Shown here in pieces: positions 42,122 through 56,896 of a stretch of DNA of 64,000 bases. Below the pieces are notes generated by a model. That model had not been told where the DNA came from. It saw nothing but the letters and a program-made list of their open reading frames with translations, and did no database searches. Source of the DNA: Guillardia theta CCMP2712 (taxonomy: Eukaryota; Protista; Cryptophyta); contig NW_005434665.1 in assembly GCF_000315625.1 (NCBI RefSeq), forward strand, positions 741,220-805,219, written 5' to 3'. Every line of letters begins with the position of its first letter. Position 1 is the stretch's first letter. The position numbers and the translations under genes are program-made.

Positions 42122-43195
42122 GGCTGATCCTTCGATTCCCCGTGCTCTGTCGATCATGGGGGTCATTTGAACTACCCTAATTATTCCACAGGAACTGTCA
42201 TCGTGACGTGGTAGGGTGTATGACCCCACCCCCTTCCCCTCTTTCCCAGAGTTCCTGGTTCAACCAGCCAACCTCATCGCCCCCACACACAACAGAGAAA
42301 CTGTCCCTCATCCCCTCCCTGACCCAACATGAAATCCTTCCTTTCATCCCCCTCATACATATTATGAATATATGGAGCTTATTATAAGATTATGAAGAAG
42401 TGTTATAATCTTGGTACCCCTTCCCCGCTCATGTCCAAGTTTCCCGAAATAGCTCCGATACCCCACCCCCATTTCATTATTCATGGACCCTCGAATATTA
42501 CATAGACTAGTAGAACTGCTCGAATGGATCAACGGGGGTATGAAATCGCATTACCCCTCCTGGGACCATACGAAATCGGACATAGGACCTGGTACTAGAG
42601 TCCCTTGAGCTACACCCCTACCCCTACTTCTCTTTAAGTTATTATTGTACATAGTGGTAGGGGTCCTCACTTCTATTTCCGGAACCACTGCAGATGTAGG
42701 TGGTACGTAGGGTGATACTAGAAAGGGTACTTTGTAGGGGAATACGGGGGTAATACGGGGGTAATAAGGTTGATGGAAAGGGCAGGGGTATGTGAAACAC
42801 TACACTGTCTGAAATGGGTTGGTGGGTGGTATTTCAAGTATGGTACAGGGAACACACGATCTGGGAAACTTAGGGTACTTTACTATAGGATGATGGGGGT
42901 AGTGATGTTGATATTATACGAATGGGTAGGTGTAGTAAGTGTCAAAAGGAGGGTAGGGGGGTAGTTGGAAGGAAGTGGTATAAAAAGCAAGAGGAACGAA
43001 GGGTCAACCATAACGAGGTGAGACATGTGAAGGGGCATGGCAGTTCAGACAAGCATTTGTATGCCCGAATATGCTGCGCAATGAAAGAAACACAAGGAAT
43101 CAACTTTGTGGATTCTTTCGTTGAATGTGACATGTGTTCATTTTGATTTTCTTGTATCCAAATCCATGTTTCATGTTTCTGATCTAGTTTATCAG

Positions 43196-43366
43196 ATGTT
43201 CTCCCTTCTCTTCGACCTTGAGGATTACGCCACCACCTACCGCGCCACCCGCGATGCCTACTTGAAGGCTGCCAACGAGCTCAAGCTCGCCACCGGCCCC
43301 TACAAGGCTGCCCGTGACGCCTACGTTGCGGCCACCGCCACCTACACCAAGTCCCTCTACGAGTAA
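43196..43366 (+). CDS. 56-aa Ala/Tyr/Thr-rich helical microprotein (candidate ejectisin/Tri-family structural protein)
   Basis: MFSLLFDLEDYATTYRATRDAYLKAANELKLATGPYKAARDAYVAATATYTKSLYE. Extreme codon bias within AT-rich flanks, ATG directly after a CAG acceptor, and AATAAA shortly after the stop. Confidence 0.8.
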   Translation: MFSLLFDLEDYATTYRATRDAYLKAANELKLATGPYKAARDAYVAATATYTKSLYE

Positions 43367-43552
43367 ACTGGTCCAAGGGAGAGTTAATAAAACATTTAAA
43401 AAGACATCTCAAAGTGTGTTGTTCTGTTTTCGTTTCACATCCAGCTTGCAAACCGTGTGTTGATCATCAAAATAGTACGTACTCCATTCCGGCATTCATG
43501 TCATATTTTTACTGTCTAGAAACAGAATATGTTCTGGATTTCCACTCGTTGA

Positions 43553-45535
43553 TCAACCCCATGTCATGTGCGGAGGAGGAGGCCCGGGATTCAAGCTTGG
43601 ATGTAGCTGTGCGAGTGTGAGCCTGGAACATTTGTTTGGCATACAAACATCACCTCCCTCGATCGCGTGTCTACTGTCGAAATTCCAGAAGGTTTCTGCT
43701 GACATGGTGAGAAGGACAGGAAGAGGGGCGACTGACGAGTTCAGACCTTCTCGTCCATGGATGGATTGCAATATTCGTACAGTGCCCCCGTGATGATGTT
43801 AAACTTCTGTGGTTGAAGAGCGAAGTCAGCGATGAATCCTTACCACCTGCTCATTCACCTTGCCATTCGTCTCTCTGTTCCTCAAGTTTTGTGTCCGATC
43901 ACTGAACTTCACTTCCGGCTGGTTCATCGAGTAGTCTATCCCCGCATCTTCACGGTGAAGCAGCGTCACGTCCAGAGGCGTCAAGAATACAGGAGAGCAC
44001 AAACCTTGAAACACCCGCGAGTAGGTGTTGGTCGGGTTGACAAGCTCCCTCACCTCGCTAGGGATCCGCTTCTTCGTTGCCCACAACCTCCGTTCGAGAC
44101 CTGCGCGAGCAGGTGAATGAGAGGAGACGAGAATGGAGGCGCTGAGTACCGGGAGGAGGCTGCACGTTGGGGTCAACCTCTGTCATGAAGTCATATCCGA
44201 GGTGAGGCGCACTGTAGCTGTTGGACTGATGAGTAGGAGACAGAGCTTGCGAGTATGTGACAGATGCACCTGTTCTGCACCAGCCACTCCTGCCTCTGGG
44301 ACCTCTTCAGATCACGTTGCTCTCGTTTTGAGTTAGCAGCTGGGAGGTTGTTACTGAGAGCGCAGAGTAGTTTCCTCCTCGAACTTACCCATCCTGTCTG
44401 CCGCGTACACGATGGTATCAGGACAGTCTGCAGACTCAACCCCGATAACCTGCAGCCAACCTCAACCCAAGGAGGGCAAACATTTCAAGCTTACTCCTGA
44501 CGGGAAGCGCTTTTGCATCAGAGCAATAAGACGCATTTGTTTGTGCCTGTTCCATGGAAGAGTGAGACAAGGGAGGGGAGTATTGAAGGCGATCACTTGT
44601 CTTTTGCCTTGATGATATCAGCCATCCTCTTCTGCTTCTCGTACTGCAAGATAGACTCCCTCTCCTGCACCTCTATCAACCCTTGGGACTGCCATACACA
44701 AGCGGGTGGCCACCTTGGCAGTGAGCAGCCCCTCCTGCTTGTACCACGCGTCCGGAGGAAGAACAGTTTTGGCAGGCGGAACCTGTCGCGAGATGAGGAG
44801 GAGCGGCAGAGGCAGCAAGTCCAGTATCTTGCCTTCACTTTGAAGAACTCGAACCTCTCAGGTTGCACCATGAGCGCCGCGTCACCCTGAACTTCGGCCT
44901 GCAATGTCGCAGATCGCTTCAGCCAGATCCTGCTTTCCCTGAAACCACTTTGTGACCTGAGCGTCTTGACCCTTTGGATCCTTTGCTACAGCCTTGTACT
45001 CCAGTTTCCCTGTCAACTCAGCCCTGCACAACAAGTCAGACACTTCAAGTTCACGAGCACGAGCTCTTCAGGAAGTCAGGTTTCACCTTATCCTGTTCAC
45101 GTGGTTCGCCATGTCGCTAGCACAGACTGAAGGCGCCCATCGCGACAACGTACCGACCGGCTCAGGCTCCTGCGCAGAATGAGGAGGATGGACCAACGAA
45201 CAACAGGGGAGACCGGATCTTCAAGGATAATCGTACGAGGTTCCTCCCACGGCGCGAGCCTTGTGGTGTGGAAGCCTCCTGTCGTCCCAAACCCTCCCCC
45301 GGTTCCGAAACCTCCTCCTGATCCTCCTCCTGCCGTTGCTGAAGGTCTGAACTCCGGTGGGGAAATGATCTTTGGGCCAGAAGCAGGTGCTAACCAGCAG
45401 TGTCACAACGAAGTGATGAGGAACGGGGCAGGCAAACACACCCATCATGTCGTGATGGTCCATAAAAGCTGAAAGAGCATCCGGGCGAGGCGCGGTTGTA
45501 ACTCTGGAATGCGCCAATCTCGCGCTTCTCCTCAT
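43553..45535 (-). CDS. Hypothetical multi-exon protein
   Basis: Successive coding-like exons (APASGPKIISPPEF..., KTVLPPDAWYKQEG..., ERRLWATKKRIPSEV..., MSAETFWNFDSRH...). No family recognised. Confidence 0.5.
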
Positions 45536-46457
45536 CTTTGATTGGGTTGTTACAGAACAGGGGCTTGATCTCTTAGAGTGTCACAAGAGTCTTCTAATTA
45601 GCATTTTGAAACTGCAAATGTAGAGTAAATACTGAAGAATGCTGCATTGTTCAAGATTCATTCTCAGATACACCAAACATGAAAGAAACTTGCTCCTTTG
45701 AAAAACATTCCACTTACTTCGTCAACTTGCTGCACTTTCCATTTACATGAAAATGCACAGTGTTCGCGGACAAGTTTAAAACTTTTTCTAGTCTTTGATT
45801 CATCAGGATTGTCGACTCGGGTATCACAAACTCTCTCCACCATGCCTGAACCATCCTAAATCATCGGCTCCTCTTTCTCAACAGTTCTGCAGGCCTGTAT
45901 GCAGAACTTTCCATATCCTCGTCTCCAACACCGCTGTTTCTTCTCTCGCATCTATCATACTATCGTGTTTCGTCTCTTCGTCTGTCTTCGTCTCTTCTCT
46001 CATCATTTTCCCTCCTCCTCGTTGGCTGCCCCAAAGGTTACAAGGTGCCCAGCATGGCGAAACCGTTGGTAGTAACCCTCTTCCCCTCTCAGCCCACAGT
46101 TGTCCCGGTGCCCGGCCTTGGGCCCGGCAGGGCCCTGGGCCGCTTATCTGTTTCTCAGTGTTATGCGCTTCCTTTGACGAGGACTCATAACCTTCTACTC
46201 CCCCAACGGGAACTTCGACTACCCCCTACCCCACCCAATATGAATGTACCCTATCAGATACACAATCGTATACCCTTACCCCTATTTAGAAACTAAAAAG
46301 TACCCCTTAAAATGCATTCAATTTTACCACCCCTACCCTATTCCAACGGCAGTGTGACCCTCGGACCACACCCCTGTGTTCCCCTACCGCCCCCCCGGAG
46401 GAAAAAAGAACGGAAACTCTGTAAAAGGAGGCGAGGGAAAGTGCCGTTGCCCGAAGC

Positions 46458-48298
<1,841 letters not shown>

Positions 48299-48539
48299 CG
48301 CTCGTCCCTGACCGCTACCGCAGATCCTCGCGCTGGGGGAGAACATTTTCCGTACTCAGGCTGGAGGGAATTATTCTTTGTTCTGAGACCGGAGGAGGAG
48401 GAGGAAGAAAAATTCCTGGAGATCTCTCATAGAGAATTTTTTGGCTACTTACAAAGTAATCTACATTAGGAAGGAGGAAGGAGAGGAAAGGGGTAGAGGA
48501 ATAGATGAGAATGGCCATGTTATCAAGGATAAAAATCAC

Positions 48540-48836
48540 TCAGTCGTCGTCTATCTCGAGCTTCAGCCCTCGTAGCTGTAAGGCAAGACATCGTCACACA
48601 AGGCAGGAGGAGGTGGGGGAAGGAGGAAAGTGAAAACTAAAAGACGAGGGAAGGGAGGGGGGGGGGAGATGGCGGAGAGAAAGAGGTAAGTCACTTACAA
48701 TCGAATTAGGAACGCGATTCCATTCATCATCTCCTTCTCGTTCACCTCCTCCTGCTGTGCCATCCCCGCTGCCTGCCCCTGCCCCCGCCCCTTCCCCTTC
48801 CCCTGCCCCTGCCCCTGCTCCTGCTGCTCCTGATCT

Positions 48837-48873
<37 letters not shown>

Positions 48874-51800
48874 AATCGTCCCCTCGTCTCTCCATTCGCT
48901 TTATCCACGTCAACCTCTTTCCGATCTTCTTCATCCTCGTTTGCGTTGTCGTTCCCTGTCTGCCGCAGCGCTTTCAGTGGCTTTACTCGGAGCAAGCATC
49001 ACGGACCTTCTCCTGCTCCTGCTCGTCGTCATCCTCCACCTCGCCATGGATCGGAGGACTAGGTGCTGCCCTGTCCATCTCCGGCTCTTCTTTGCCTCTT
49101 CTCTCGACCTCGTCCTCCTCGAGCAGCTTCGACTCATGCTGCGGCTGTTCAGGATACGGGAGAGCCCTCGCACCTCTCTACCTCGTCGCTCCTCTCCGAC
49201 CCTGAGTCGGAGACCGGGCGTGTGATGTCCTCCTCGTTCATGCCTGCAGCCCACTCACGACTCCTTCCTCTCCATCCCTTCTCGTGCCCACTGCCTCTTC
49301 TCGTTCTCTACCCCTTCCTTCCTCCTCACCAGAACCCCTCGCTCACCCTCCGCTCCTGCTCCTTCCATTCACGACCTCCTTACCTGTGCCCAGGTTGGTG
49401 AAGTCTTCAAACATCGTGCTGGGGGCATCGAAGGCTGTGTCGTCGAACCTGGAACGATCTCGTAAGTATTCACATCAACGGAAAGAGGGAAAAGGGGGAA
49501 GGGGAAGGGGGGGGGGGAAGAGGGAGGAGGGAGAGCGGAGAGATAGAGAACGGAGGAGGGGGAGAGAGCCAGGGAGGAAGGGGAGAGAGGAGGGGGGAAA
49601 GGGGAGAGAGCGTGAAAGGGGAAGGAGGACGACAACAATATCGAGGGGAAGGAGGACCTCGAGTCATCGTAAACGTCTCTGTCTGTCAAGTTTCCTTCCG
49701 CATCAAGTCGCTCCAGTAGTCTCCCCCGCTCGCTCATCGTCGGCCCGACAGCGCTTCCGTCCTCTACCATTATCTGCTTGTAAGCTCGCCGCATACTCGC
49801 GATCCTCTCCTGGATCGAGCCATGCACGTCCTCCGTCAGGTCCTCGGCTGTAGACTCCATCCCCACCTGCAACATCTCAGCTAGCAGCAGGGGGCAGAGC
49901 ACGCGGCACCTCCACCAGGGGAGGGAGCTTGGCGTCGAACTGCTTCCTCCTGTCCGATCCGTTCCTCATCCTCTCACGGAACCTGTAGGCCGCCAGCTTC
50001 ATGAAGTGCTCCACCCGCTGCTCCGTGCTCCCTGCTGGAGCATGCGGCAGCCTCGGCGTAACCAGCAGCCCATTCTCTCCGTCCTCGACTCCGTTGTCCT
50101 CCGCCTCCTCATCCCCGCTCCCCCAGCTCGCGTCCGCCTGCCTCCGAGCAGAGTTGCGAGCTGGAAACGGCATCTCCGTGGGGGCCAGCATCCTCGAGGA
50201 GAGCAGCAGCTGGGGCCCGGCCTCAGAGCCTGGAGCCCTGGGGGTGGCAGATACAGAAGTCCCTCCCTCCTGGAGCTCGCCGAAGATGTCGGGGTGGTGA
50301 GACGCGTAGAAGTTCTCAGTGTTGGTGAGCGACAGGTCCGTCTCCTCCATCTCCCTCCTCACCAGCTGGTCCAACTTCGTCTTCAGCTGGTTCGCCCGCG
50401 CCTCCTGCTGCGGAAACCGCTGCTCCGCCTCCTCGAACTCGGCGGACGCGGTCTCGAGCCGAGAGGTCTTGAGATGGATGCTGTGCATGTCAATCTTGAG
50501 CTGGCGGAGCATCTCGCGGACCAGCTGAAGCTCAGCTGCCTGCTCGCGGAGCTTGCATCGGTTCTTCCAGACGAGGAGGTTCACCATCTCATGCTCGAGC
50601 TGCTCAACGAGGTACTTGTAGTCGAGGAAGCTGTTGGAGCAGAAGAGCACGGACTTGCAAGCCTTGCTCAGCTCCTCTGCACAGTCGGAGATTTCCAGGA
50701 TGGGCTGCTGGTGGACATCCTTGTAGCCGAGGATGTGCTTCCTCCTCTCCCTCTCGCGCGACCGCAGCTTCAGCCCTATCGCGATGCTGACGGCAACGAT
50801 GACGACGGCGAGGAGCGAAACCCCAGCCAAGAGGCCAACATGCCGCTGGGCCCAGGTGGAGCAGACCAGCCACTTCTTCTGAAGGGAGGAGACGCCTTGC
50901 CCCACCTTCAGAGAGACGTTTGCTCCCGTCAGCTCCTCCCCGATGGCGAGCGGATTGACGGGGCAGAACCCGACGACAGGAAAGGGAGGGAGGACGGTGT
51001 GGTTGCAGTAGAGCTGACCCTCCCGCTGGTTGATCCAAGGGCTCCCGATGCTGGGGCAAGAGGAGGAAAGCATTCCGCAGTAGGACAGGGAGAAGGGGTC
51101 GAAGCTCTGGACGGACGAGTCGCTGCGAGCTGCAGTGATGACAAACAGAAAGAGGTTGGTGCCCAGCACCTGGCCTACGTGGAACTCAGCTGGGTAGATC
51201 TGAGTCAAGAGGCCGGAGAGGACCCCCCCTCTGCTTGACAGCAAGCTGGAGTTGAACGTGTAGAAGGAGCCCACAAACATCTCAGCAGTCTCGGAGATCC
51301 TCCGATTCACGAGAAAACCAGCGAGGAAAAGCTTCTCCGCCATCTCCCCGTAGTAGTCCCCGAAGAACAGCTCTGTCTGCGCGCGAGACGACGGGGTCTG
51401 CGCAGCGATCTCCTCTAGCCAGGAGGGGGAGCTGTGGGTGATGAAGTACCCCTGATCATCTGTCAGGAAGAAGTCGAACGGAACCGGCTGCGTCACAGCT
51501 CGAGAGAGAGCTTGTCGGATGGACGAAGACAGGTCGGACAGCCCGAGCGACATCCCCACCAGCCCCGCTGGCTCATCTCGCAGCCCCGACTGGCCAGACG
51601 TTGAGGGAGAAAGGAGAATCGGCACAGAGATCACGGTCTCCAGCAGGGCCCCTCCCCAGCACCCTCCTGCACAGGTGTGCGGCCTCGAGACCGTCAAGCT
51701 CCCGTCAGACATGACAGACTGAGCAAACCACATCTCGTCCGCTGCTGAGTAATCCTTGGGGATGTATCGACCTGGCCAGACCCCGTACACTCCAGACCGG

Positions 51801-54067
51801 AAGGCGATGACGGCTGACTTCTTCCCTCCCCCGTCTTGGTTCCACGAGGTCACCTTGAGCTCGGACGCCAACACTCGCGCGAGCGAGACATCCCTCATGG
51901 CTTCGAACGTCATCCCATCTCCAACAACATTGCTGCCTTGCACCCCACCAAGGTAGACGAGAGGATCCTGCAGGGAGCGGTTGATCCATTGGTTGATGCT
52001 CGCGACCTGCTCCGCGCTCTCACTCTGCGCCAGATACTTGAAGGCGTTGAGGAACGACGAGGCTGCGAGCTTCACCGAAAACGCCCCAGTGGAGAAAGTC
52101 TTCTCCTGCTCCTGCACCATAGAAACTCCCAGCTGAACCAGGGCTGACGGGTCGGCAAACGTTGCGTGATAAAGCATCGCGGCTGCTGGGACTTGGAGCT
52201 TCGACCATGCAGCGTAGGGGGCAGTCATGTTGTTGAAGGAGAAGTCGAACTTGTCAACAGTAGCCGAGCTCTGAAGGTCAGCCAGGATGTAGGACACGAA
52301 GCTGGTGCCCGGGACTCTCTGCCAGCAGAAGGCGACGGAGACATTCACCTCCGTAGTGTAGTAGACGAGTTTCTTCTTGTTGACCGTGAGCCACTTGAGC
52401 AAGGTGAGGGGAGTGCGATCTACCCTCACTACCGCACATCCTTGCGTCACAGTCGCTGCCCTCTCAAAGAGGGAGAAGGAAGACGCTGAGGAGTCGCCTT
52501 CCACTCTGTTTGCATCCAGTGGGAGGTAGACCCCTGCTTCAGCAAGCTGCACCACGAGGGGATGAAAGAAAAGTTTGAACGGCTTGTCCCTCATGAAGAC
52601 ACCCAGGTGATAGTCCTCGTCGGAAGTCTCTGCAAGATCGGACAACTTGGCCACGATGTAGTCAAAGTTGAAATCGATCGCAACGACACCTTGGAAGTCT
52701 GCATGACCACTCTTGTCTGCGGTGACTATAGGAGCCGACATGGTGTAGACACATTGCTGAGAGCTGCAGTTGGGCAACATAGAGCCCTTGTGCTGCTCGT
52801 CGAACTTGAGAAGCAGAGACATCATATCCATCACAGGATTCAGCTGGCTTCGCAGAGCTGAGAAGTTCCCATACGCTTCGACCTGAACGTAGAGCCCTTG
52901 GTACTTGCAAGCCAGAGTTGAACAGAAATTGCAAGTGGTCGAGCCCAAGGAGATAGTGAAGACCTGTGCAAAGAGCTGCTTCTGGTACGGCTCGATATCA
53001 TTCAAGGTCTTCGTCGCTTCGGTTGTCGTAACGAGCCCGTCCGTGATGAGGAAAAGCATTCTGGAGCAGTTGCGCGAGTAGCCTTGAGCTGCACTGTTGC
53101 GAAACAGGTCCCAAGCCTGAGTGATCGACAACTCCAACAGGTGAGTTTGCAACTGCAGCTCCTTAACGACCACTTGCTTCAGAAACGACATCAAGATGTC
53201 TCGGTTCGCTCGGGTTGCAGGTATCAACAGGCTGTTCGACACACAGGGGCTCAACTTGCCCGACACGATGAGCTGCAAGGAGTCATCCGGGGAGACAAGG
53301 CTCAACACGGCATCCACCACTCCCACGATCATCTCCGAAGCACGTGGTATTGAGACGGACAGGAAGGAAGACACGTCAATCACAACCACGACGTCTTTGC
53401 TGATCGAGGCAGCGCTTGCGAACCATTGGAAACCTCTTCCGTCCTGCTCTTGGAAAGTGGAATACCGAGGATCCGTCCTTTGAACAGTTGAGATCGTCTC
53501 CCCGATAGAAGACACAAACGTCACAGCTTGTATGTAAGGAGCTTTGATCGTTCGGAAATATTTCGATAGGCTCGAGTACAGGAGGCAGCTTTGTAGTTGT
53601 GGTCGTGACTGTACACTCTCTGCACTTGGCGGGAAGTTGACGAGAATCGAGGAATTGTCAAACGCGCAAGTGCTGTTCTGACTTGTTAAGCTGTTTTCGA
53701 TCAAGGACTTGACGATGCTGGAGATGTTTCTGAGTGAAGTCACAATGTCTCCAAGAACAGATGCGTACGCCTGAATCGAAAACTTCTGAACGCGATCAGG
53801 CAGGCTCAGAGTCGAAGTTGTGGATCCACCATTTGAATTGATCGTATCAATAACATTCTGCAGGCTTGCGCTCAACACACAATCCTTGCCCTTTGCCACC
53901 TTCAGGTAAGTACACGCCCACGTTGAGAGGGTTTGCTCTACCTCCCTGGTCATGTTCATTACCTGTCTACTCTGCAACTGAAAGCCATGACCTTCTGCCA
54001 GTAAGAGTGCCAGCAGGGTGAGAAGGAGACACTGCGCTGGCATCTGGCTCTTCAGTCTCTTCACCAT
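48540..54067 (-). CDS. VWA + Cache type I membrane protein (alpha2delta/CACHD1-like) with long cytoplasmic tail
   Basis: Signal peptide, KDVVVVIDVS, LFLITDG, Cache-like YSAADEMWF and FFLTDDQGYFITH, and a TM helix LLAGVSLLAVVIVAVSIAIGL. A ~4.1-kb first exon is followed by small exons ending LKLEIDDD*. Confidence 0.8.
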
Positions 54068-54548
54068 ACAGGCAAGAGATGGACTACTTCCGCATGGATC
54101 CCAACAGAGATTGTTAGCAGACCGCTACAGCTCGCATGCCCCGAACAGTCTTAGAGGTGACTCTGACTTGGACGGCATTGGCTATCCGCGGCTCTCTGTC
54201 TTCATTGCTTGCCATCTCCTCCCTCCCTCCCTCCTCCTCCCCCTTTCTCCTCCGCCATGAAAGCCATTGATAGATCCCCAGAAATAGTCCGAGGGTAGGG
54301 GTAGTTCAAGGTAGGAAAGGGGGTGGGGTAACTAAGTGGATTGTGGGGGTAAGGGTAGTGTAAAGGGTACTTCGTAGATGGTAGGTAGCAAGGAAGCAGA
54401 AAAGTAGGGGGTACTGAGAGGTCATCAAAGGGGTACAGATTCTGGCTCTGGTACGAAACAGGGTAGGAAGATATCAGAGGGTGAATGTAGCGGGGTGGGG
54501 GTAATATGGTCAGGGAGGGGACGAGGGGACGCCCTTTCGATTTTTGAA

Positions 54549-56705
54549 ATGGGCGTGGAAGATGGCGGCGCCGAGGAGATGGAAATGCAGCGAAAGGAGG
54601 TGACCCAACTCCCTCCTCTGCTCTTTCCCTCCTGCTTCTTCCCCTCTCTTCCTGCTTCTACGACTCCCCTTCTTCTTCTTCTCATCCTCTACTTCTTCTG
54701 CTAATCATCTATATCTTGTGCTCATCCTCTACTGCTCCTGCTCCTGCAACCACAACTCGCACTAGCATTGTATACTCCTGCCTCTTATCAATAATCATGG
54801 ATCTTGCCTTGAATATTCCATTCTTTAACAGCCTCCTTCTCAATATTGGTACTTTTCTGTTTCCACTCAATCTCAATGTCGATTTCTTTTCCCTGGTTTT
54901 CACTCTCATTGCCGTGTACCTCTTCTTCCTTTTCTCACCCTGATCTTGTCTTCCATTTCACAGGAATCGCAATTTAACGCGCGACACATGAGCCCGGAGG
55001 AGCAGAAAAGAGACGAACTCCGTGCTCGTCTGGCCGCGCTGTCAGACAAGGTCCACAGGGCAGAACAAGATGTGATCTTAGAGCAACAGGCACAGAGGAG
55101 GCAGAGGACGCTCCACCAAAGATTGGTCAAGGACGTCGATGACCTCCGACGGACCCTCCTTGAGATGAAGAAGTTCGAGAAGGAAATCAGCGGCAGCCAA
55201 TCGACAGTGGAGAAAGCTTTCGAGGATTTCAGCGTCAAGAAGAGTTTCCCACCCCCACGGCACAAGCCAGAAGGCCATGCGGTGGATGAGAAAGAGAACG
55301 TCAGCCCTACGAAGGCAATTGCGATCAGGTTTGACGTGGAGAAGAAGAAAGTACAACAGGTCTGCGAAGACGCGATAGCAACCACAGGGAGCAAGCTGGT
55401 CAACCAGGCTGCAGGGAACCTGGCGATGAGTTCATTCCCGTCTCTCATGGAACAAGGTGTCTTGAACATGGATCATACTACAATGCTTCAGGTTGCTTCC
55501 AACTTAGCGGACAGAAAGGCTCAAGATATCAGGGATGTCATGAACGTCGACAACATGTACGAGGCCTCGAGACAGCGCATGCAGTCGGAGAAAGTGGCAG
55601 ATAAGATGCGATCGCTCCTTTACTATGCGCACAGAGAGCACCTTGCTTCGTTCGAAGAAGGCCAAGCTCTCCGGTGCGATGCTCAGAATGCTCAGCGTCG
55701 TGTCGAGTCGCTGATCAAGGACCTTGAAAGCCTTCACGCCAAGAAAGCGAGGAATGATGCCGAATGGAGGATCCAAGCGATCTCGATGAAGCAAGACCGA
55801 GACTTGAGCGCGGCGAAGACGAAGATGGAGGTGATTCAAGGCAGAATCAACGAAATGAAGCTCAAGGTGCGGGCCCACAAGCAGTCTTCAAGAGCTCTAC
55901 ACTCCAAGCACGAACAGAAGAAGAGGCTCGCCAAACAGGAGAAAGACCTGAGAAACTTTCTGCAGCAACTCATTGCAATCAGCAAGAAGTCGTCTGAGTC
56001 TCTGTGCGCCGCCCATGCCAGGTTGCTGGATGCAGGACGAGCAAGCTTGATGGACAGAGCGAATGAGTTGGAGGACATGCACATCCGTGTGGAGGAATTG
56101 TGGCCCAAGGACAGGGATGGGCAGCAGGAAGATCTGAAAACATTCCTGTTGTCTCGCTGTCAGAAGGTGAAGAAGGTGGAGGAGGATGGCAAGAGCTTGT
56201 TCTCTGGGAAGCTAGCGCTCGAACAGACGATGGAAGACAAGAGTTTTGTCCATCTTGTGGCGGAGACCAAGTGGCTGTTGATGAGGGAGAAGACCTTGGA
56301 AGCTCAGCTTGCTGCCTGTCAACATCTCAAGGATTTTGTTGAATCTTCTCGGTCAAAGCCTTGGAACGATGACAACTACGTGCACACGTTGCAGACAAGC
56401 CTCGATGCTCTCTGCTCTGTGAGTGTCTTTCTCCTCCTCCCCTCTCCCCTCCCCTCACGTCTTCCCTCTCCCTCCTCGCTGGTGCTGACGATGAAACACA
56501 GAAATGGCAGCGAGTGGTAGAGGAGGAGATCCTCAAATCTGTTCGAACGGGTGTAGACGCTATTGAGAGGAGCAAGAGGCTGGAGGAGATGGTGCAGGAC
56601 TGGAGGGAACAACCAGCGCAGTTCGCGCTCCCCTGGGTGAAGGTGAGGGGGATGAACCTGCAGGAGTGGATCCATCACTTGAAGAGGAGGGGTGAGATGA
56701 TCTGA
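54549..56705 (+). CDS. Coiled-coil protein, augmin subunit HAUS5/AUG5-like
   Basis: Long coiled-coil ORF. The last exon DWREQPAQFALPWVKVRGMNLQEW resembles the HAUS5 C-terminal WxEQPA...W signature. Confidence 0.6.
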
Positions 56706-56762
56706 ACAAAGAAGAAACATGTGCATTCACGCTGCTGCTCGATGCACTCCAAGTGCGCCGCT

Positions 56763-56830
56763 GCCTCCTTTCGAGGATCGACCTGCTCCGAGAGCTTTCT
56801 GTCGACCCTGTCATCCGTCTTCGAGGAAGC
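56763..56830 (-). promoter_or_regulatory. SECIS element (type II) in the TrxR 3' UTR
   Basis: Minus strand: GCTTCCT/AGGAGGC helix I, ATGAC...CGAA GA quartet, AGGGTCGAC/GTCGATCCT helix II, unpaired AAA, and GCTC-TCG-GAGC apical mini-stem. Confidence 0.9.
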
Positions 56831-56896
56831 GAGAGCACCACAGGCTGCTGCCACCCGCCGACCAGGAGCTGGTCGGGAGGAGGGGTGGCAGCTTCT

